Program-made: the position numbers and the translations under genes
Notes under the pieces: model-generated
Databases searched by the model: none
The model's input: the letters and a program-made list of their open reading frames with translations, nothing else
Told to the model about the DNA's origin: nothing
NCBI GenBank assembly: GCA_047285305.1
Contig: JBJBDL010000003.1
Coordinates: forward strand, 1,536,001 to 1,600,000
DNA length: 64,000 nt
Source: Synechococcus sp.
Lineage (GTDB): Bacteria > Cyanobacteriota > Cyanobacteriia > PCC-6307 > Cyanobiaceae
Reading direction: 5' to 3'
Shown here: in pieces, positions 59,190 through 64,000 of the stretch
Layout of the letters: the number at the start of each line of letters is the position of its first letter
How positions within the stretch are numbered: position 1 is the first letter of the stretch

Positions 59190-60079
59190 GCATGCCGGAA
59201 TCAATCTGCGTGCGTGCCGCCCGCCAAGGCGGCCTAGCACCAGGCGATCTCGAGCGTCTTGTCGGCGTGGCCCGCTCAGCGGCCGATGCCGGTGGCCAGG
59301 AACTGATGCGCCATTACGGGCGTCTGGCGTCCATCGAAAGCAAAGGCCGCATCGGCGACCTGGTCACCAATGCCGACCTTGCAGCCGAACGCATCGTCTT
59401 GGAGCTGCTGGCGGAGCAGACCCCTGAGATTGCTGTGCTGGCAGAGGAAAGCGGGGCAGCCGGTCAGCAGGACGGCCTGAGGTGGTGTGTTGACCCCCTC
59501 GATGGGACCACAAACTTCGCCCACGGCTATCCCTTCTTTGCCACCTCTATCGGGCTCACCCTGGGCCAGCAGCCCATCCTCGGGGCCATCGCAGTGCCCT
59601 TTCTCCAGGAGATGTACTGGGGGGCACCGGGGATCGGAGCGTTCTGCAACGACAGCCCCCTGCAGGTGAGCAACTGCGATCGGCTCGAAGACTCCCTGTT
59701 GGTGACCGGGTTCGCTTACGACCGGCACACCCGACTCGATAACAACTACGCCGAGTTCTGCTGGTTCACCCATCGCTCCCACGGCGTTCGCCGGGGCGGT
59801 GCTGCAGCGGTGGACCTTGCTTTTGTGGCCGCTGGCCGCCAGGACGGCTACTGGGAACGGGGCCTGTCTCCCTGGGATCTGGCGGCTGGAGTGGCGTTGG
59901 TGGATCTGGCCGGTGGAACCGTCACCGGCTACGGCAATCGACCCTTCGACCTCTCCAGTGGCCGGGTCGTTGCCGCTGGCGCCAGCCTGCATGCGGCGAT
60001 TACCGAAGGGCTTTCTCAGGTGAAACCACTGCCTGGAGCCGCTTTCGGTGCACCCGAGGTCACGGCCATGGGATCCTGA
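59186..60079 (+). CDS. suhB: Inositol monophosphatase family protein
   Basis: [27 protein letters not shown] and WDLAAG. Confidence 0.9.
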   Translation: MSMPESICVRAARQGGLAPGDLERLVGVARSAADAGGQELMRHYGRLASIESKGRIGDLVTNADLAAERIVLELLAEQTPEIAVLAEESGAAGQQDGLRWCVDPLDGTTNFAHGYPFFATSIGLTLGQQPILGAIAVPFLQEMYWGAPGIGAFCNDSPLQVSNCDRLEDSLLVTGFAYDRHTRLDNNYAEFCWFTHRSHGVRRGGAAAVDLAFVAAGRQDGYWERGLSPWDLAAGVALVDLAGGTVTGYGNRPFDLSSGRVVAAGASLHAAITEGLSQVKPLPGAAFGAPEVTAMGS

Positions 60080-60101
60080 GGCGTGGCCGAGAGGACGTGA
60101 G

Positions 60102-61280
60102 ATGGCGCTGCAACCTGCAGCTGGCGCAAAGGATCTGAATCCACGTCAGGTGGAGACCAATCGACAGCTGACGGAACGTCTGGCGTCGGTTTACCGCCTC
60201 TGGGGCTACGACGAGGTCTCGCCACCCCGGGTGGAACGCCTGGCGACCCTGATGGCCGGCGGTGCCATCGACAGCTCAGACATTGTTCGCCTGGTGGCCG
60301 ATGACCCCCTCGGGCTGCGTCCTGAGATGACGGCATCCATCGCCAGAGCTGCCTGCACCCGATTCGCGGATCGTCAGAGACCGCTTCGGCTCTGGGCCTC
60401 CGGCACGGTGTTCCGGACCCGTTCCGCTGATGAGGGAGGGCAGTGCATTGAGGAAAACCTACAGAGCGGCGTCGAACTGTTCGGCGTCAGCGGCAGCGAA
60501 GCGGAGATGGAGCTGCTCAGCCTGCTGATGGCCTCCGTTCAGACCCTGGGGCTACAGACCAGCCAGAAACCAAGGCTGTTGCTGGGGCACACCGCCCTGA
60601 TGGATCTGGTGCTCCGTCCATTTAATGGTGCGGTGCGTGATCAGATCCGCACCGCACTAATCGATTTCGATCGTTTGGCCATCGAAACCTGCGACCTGGC
60701 CGACGCTGAGAAAACCAGGCTGCTCTCCCTGATGGACTGCCGCGGCACCCCCGACCAGGTGCTGGCTCAGCTAAGCAGTCTCTGCGGGGAACAGCCGGTC
60801 TTCGATGAGCTGCGGCGGCTTTGTGCCCATCTCGCCTCGGCAGCTCAGGCTCAGGCAGTGACGATCCAGCTCGATCCAACCTTCCAACCCCATTTCGAGC
60901 TCTACACCGGCCTGGTGTTCCAGCTCGTTTGTGATGGCCGCAGTTCACCGGTGGTGATTGCCCGCGGCGGCCGCTACGACGATCTTGTGCGCCGTTGCGG
61001 CGCAACGGATGATCGGGCCTTTGGCGCAGGGTTCAGCCTCGCGATCGATCCGATCCGCGAACTGATTTCAGACCTGGATGCTGCCGAACAACAGCAGTCC
61101 GATGTTCTCGTTGCTTTTTCAACAACCTCGAACCTGGAATCCGCGATGGAGCGTCAGCGCAGCTGGCACGAGCAGGGACGCACTGCCGTCATGGCCCTTG
61201 AACCCTTGGCCTCCAAGCAGGAGGCTGAGCTGCAGGCGAAGGCCCAGGGTGGTCTGCAGCTGGATTGGGTCGATCCTTAG
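60102..61280 (+). CDS. hisZ: ATP phosphoribosyltransferase regulatory subunit
   Basis: [30 protein letters not shown] and ARGGRYD. Confidence 0.92.
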   Translation: MALQPAAGAKDLNPRQVETNRQLTERLASVYRLWGYDEVSPPRVERLATLMAGGAIDSSDIVRLVADDPLGLRPEMTASIARAACTRFADRQRPLRLWASGTVFRTRSADEGGQCIEENLQSGVELFGVSGSEAEMELLSLLMASVQTLGLQTSQKPRLLLGHTALMDLVLRPFNGAVRDQIRTALIDFDRLAIETCDLADAEKTRLLSLMDCRGTPDQVLAQLSSLCGEQPVFDELRRLCAHLASAAQAQAVTIQLDPTFQPHFELYTGLVFQLVCDGRSSPVVIARGGRYDDLVRRCGATDDRAFGAGFSLAIDPIRELISDLDAAEQQQSDVLVAFSTTSNLESAMERQRSWHEQGRTAVMALEPLASKQEAELQAKAQGGLQLDWVDP

Positions 61281-61305
61281 GATCCCGCTGTACAGCAGGA
61301 CCTCC

Positions 61306-61530
61306 ATGGCTCATTCCATCGTCACTGACGTTTGCGAGGGCATCGCTGACTGCGTTGATGCCTGCCCAGTGGCCTGCATTGACCAAGGCAAAGGAAAGAA
61401 CAAAAAGGGCACCGACTTCTACTGGATCAATTTCGACACCTGCATCGATTGCGGAATTTGCCTGCAGGTGTGTCCCGTTGAGGGGGCCATCGTTGCCGAA
61501 GAGCGTCCAGACCTGCAGAAGACGCCCTGA
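61306..61530 (+). CDS. Dicluster ferredoxin, probably [3Fe-4S][4Fe-4S]
   Basis: CEGIADCVDACP (second Cys missing) and CIDCGICLQVCP. Confidence 0.9.
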   Translation: MAHSIVTDVCEGIADCVDACPVACIDQGKGKNKKGTDFYWINFDTCIDCGICLQVCPVEGAIVAEERPDLQKTP

Positions 61531-61618
61531 GCTGCAGAAAGGTACGGAGAACCCCCTGAAAAAGCCGTTGAGCCGGGGCAAAACCTGTCTCTAGTGTCTG
61601 GTTTTTCGCAGCAAAGGA

Positions 61619-63523
61619 ATGGCGGTGCTGGAGGAACAGGGTCAGATTCAGATCCACACCGAAAACATTTTCCCGATCATCAAGAAGGCCGTTTATTCCG
61701 GCCACGAGGTGTTTCTGCGGGAGCTGGTGAGCAATGGCGTCGACGCCATCAGCAAGCGCCGCATGGCCGCCATGGCCGGCGATTGCAGCGAAGGGGATGA
61801 CGGAGCCATCCGGATCACGGTGGATAGTGAGGCCAAGACTGTCACCATCAGCGACAACGGCATTGGCATGACGGCCGATGAGGTGAAGCGCTACATCAAC
61901 CAGGTGGCCTTCTCCAGTGCCGAGGATTTCCTGGAGAAGTACAAGCAGGAAAACGACGCCATCATTGGCCACTTCGGCCTGGGCTTCTATTCCAGCTTCA
62001 TGGTGGCCGAGCGGGTGGAGCTGCTGACCCGTTCAGCCCGGCCCGAGGCTGAGGCTGTGCGCTGGAGCTGTGATGGTTCCCCGAACTTCAGCCTCACTGC
62101 CGCTGAGAAGGAGCAGCCCGGCACGGACGTGATCCTTCATCTGATGGATGACGAGCTCGAATATCTCGAACCAGCGCGGATCCGCACCCTGATCAACACC
62201 TACTGCGACTTCATGGCAGTACCGGTGCAGCTGGAAGGGGAAACCATCAACAAGATGGATGCACCCTGGCGCAAAAGCGCCCGAGATCTGAGTGATCAGG
62301 ACTACATCGACCTGTACCACTACCTGTATCCCTTCCAGGGCGATCCCCTGCTCTGGGTTCACCTCAACACCGACTATCCCTACAACCTTCAGGGCATTCT
62401 TTTCTTCCCCAAGCAAACCGGTCGTGCCGATTGGGAGAAGGGGGAAATCAAGCTGTACTGCAACCAGGTGTTCGTCAGCGATTCGATCAAGGAGGTCGTT
62501 CCGCGCTACCTGTTGCCCCTGCGGGGAGTGATCGATTCACCCGACATCCCCCTAAACGTGAGCCGTAGTGCCCTGCAGACCGACCGACGCGTTCGCTCCA
62601 TCGGCAACTTCGTCGCCAAGAAAGTGTCCGACCGGCTGCGAAACCTGAAAAAGGAAGATCCCAAGGGTTATGCCGAGGCCTGGGATGCCCTGGCACCCTT
62701 CGTGAAGATCGGCGCCATGGAGGACGAAAAGTTCGCGGAGCAGGTTTCTGAATTAATCCTGTTCGCCACCACCGCAGCAGCAGGGGAAGGGGACGACGCT
62801 GACCCGATCGCCTGTGATGGCCGTGCCTTCACCACCCTGGAGGGATACCGCAGCCGACTGGCCGCGAATGAGAACAAGCGCGTGCTCTACAGCACCGATG
62901 ACGTCGCCCAGGCCGGAGCGCTCAACCTCTGGACCTCACAGGGCGCGGAAGTTCTGAAGCTGGAGACGGTGATCGACACCCAGTTCATCCCCTGGCTGGA
63001 GCATCGCCATGAGGAACTCACCTTCCAGCGCGTCGACTCGGAACTGGACGAGAGCCTGAAGGACAACGATGCCGAACTCACCGATCAGGACGGCACCACG
63101 GAGTCAGACCGACTGCGTGATCTGATCAAAGGGGCCCTGGCCAACGACAAGGTCACCGTTCAGGTGCAGGCCCTGAAAGCTGAAGGAGCACCGCCGGCCA
63201 TGATTCTTCTGCCGGAGCAGATGCGCCGGCTGAACGACATGGGCGCCTTGATGGAACAACGCCTGCCAGGACTTCCCGAGCATCACGTGCTGCTGGTGAA
63301 CCGGCGTCACCCCCTTGTGGAAGGGATGCTGAAGTTGCGTGCCGGTGGCGTGCTGTTGGGAGCGGCGGAAACATCGCCGACCGCAAGCCTGTCCGAGGAT
63401 GTGGCCCGCCATCTGTATGACATGGCGCGCCTGGGCGTCGGGGGACTGGAACCCAATGAACTGGCCGGTTTCCAGACCCGCAGTGCTGAATTGATGGGTG
63501 CCTTGATGCAGAGAGGTCTATGA
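61619..63523 (+). CDS. htpG: Hsp90 chaperone HtpG
   Basis: VFLRELVSNGVDA, DNGIGM, IGHFGLGFYSSFMVA and PLNVSRSALQ. Confidence 0.97.
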   Translation: MAVLEEQGQIQIHTENIFPIIKKAVYSGHEVFLRELVSNGVDAISKRRMAAMAGDCSEGDDGAIRITVDSEAKTVTISDNGIGMTADEVKRYINQVAFSSAEDFLEKYKQENDAIIGHFGLGFYSSFMVAERVELLTRSARPEAEAVRWSCDGSPNFSLTAAEKEQPGTDVILHLMDDELEYLEPARIRTLINTYCDFMAVPVQLEGETINKMDAPWRKSARDLSDQDYIDLYHYLYPFQGDPLLWVHLNTDYPYNLQGILFFPKQTGRADWEKGEIKLYCNQVFVSDSIKEVVPRYLLPLRGVIDSPDIPLNVSRSALQTDRRVRSIGNFVAKKVSDRLRNLKKEDPKGYAEAWDALAPFVKIGAMEDEKFAEQVSELILFATTAAAGEGDDADPIACDGRAFTTLEGYRSRLAANENKRVLYSTDDVAQAGALNLWTSQGAEVLKLETVIDTQFIPWLEHRHEELTFQRVDSELDESLKDNDAELTDQDGTTESDRLRDLIKGALANDKVTVQVQALKAEGAPPAMILLPEQMRRLNDMGALMEQRLPGLPEHHVLLVNRRHPLVEGMLKLRAGGVLLGAAETSPTASLSEDVARHLYDMARLGVGGLEPNELAGFQTRSAELMGALMQRGL

Positions 63524-63602
63524 GCTGAAGACCTTTTGCTAAATTGATTGTTTGGAACTGACTTTTCAGCTCCAAACAACCTCTCAGTAGAAGGACATCG
63601 TC

Positions 63603-63839
63603 ATGTCACGGGTGTGTCAGCTCACCGGTACTCGCGCCAACAACGGCATGGCCGTGAGCCATTCCCACATCCGCACCAAGAAGCTGCAGCAGGCCAACCT
63701 GCAGCAGCGTCGCCTCTGGTGGGCGGAAGGCAACCGCTGGGTGAAGCTTCGCGTCACCACCCGCGCCCTCAAAACCATCCAGAAGAAAGGCCTCGGCGCC
63801 TATGCAAAGTCTCTGGGCATTAACCTGGCCAAGATCTGA
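63603..63839 (+). CDS. rpmB: 50S ribosomal protein L28
   Basis: [34 protein letters not shown]. Confidence 0.97.
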   Translation: MSRVCQLTGTRANNGMAVSHSHIRTKKLQQANLQQRRLWWAEGNRWVKLRVTTRALKTIQKKGLGAYAKSLGINLAKI

Positions 63840-63851
63840 GATCTTGAACGG

Positions 63852-64000
63852 GTGAATCGGCGGGAATTACTAGTCAAGTCCGGCCTTTTCCTTGCAGCTC
63901 TGACGCTCACACCCTCGCGGGCTTCGGCCCTCGGGGGTGTTGTTTTGGAAACGGGCACAACCGTGCCCGATTTTGATCTACCCGGATCCAGCCAATCCGA
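63852..64000 (+). CDS. 5' part of a Tat-signal protein, probably a peroxiredoxin (BCP/PrxQ)
   Basis: VNRRELLVKSGLFLAALTLTPSRASA|LGGVVLETGTTVPDFDLPGS: twin-Arg signal and G..PDF.L redoxin start; runs off the right edge. Confidence 0.6.
   Translation, partial: MNRRELLVKSGLFLAALTLTPSRASALGGVVLETGTTVPDFDLPGSSQS

Overview
This is a ~60% GC chromosomal window from a marine picocyanobacterium, most likely marine Synechococcus, judged from apcD, cyanobacterial DUF families and gene order. Most of it is compact core genome: rnb, rpsR, rpmG, pheT, rlmD, apcD, metH, ilvE, cobN, hemJ, a photolyase, uvrC, coaD, cdv3, dacB, iscS, dapF, leuS, pgi, purN, argC, ribBA, mtnP, murQ, dnaJ/dnaK, pstCAB, tRNA-Ser(GGA), hisZ, htpG and rpmB. 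Several small accessory or decaying pockets interrupt it. (1) At 7424-8485, between apcD and a J-domain gene, three direct copies of a degenerate 49-bp unit bracket two small cargo segments. Each unit is two 14-bp GTC-N8-GAY palindromes exactly 35 bp apart with a conserved spacer motif. The layout is site-gene-site-gene-site, like a cassette array, and no recombinase is present in the window. This is the best candidate for an undescribed system. (2) At 35769-37630, a ~1.9-kb islet abuts the dapF start codon, begins with inverted clusters of GTTGGTAT boxes, and has replaced the 5' end of the cyanobacterial hfq gene. (3) Frameshifted or deleted remnants include a SigF-type sigma factor, a YqhA gene, a probable SpoIID/LytB gene and a gene beside pgi. 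All family assignments come from motif recognition and recalled synteny; no database searches were run.
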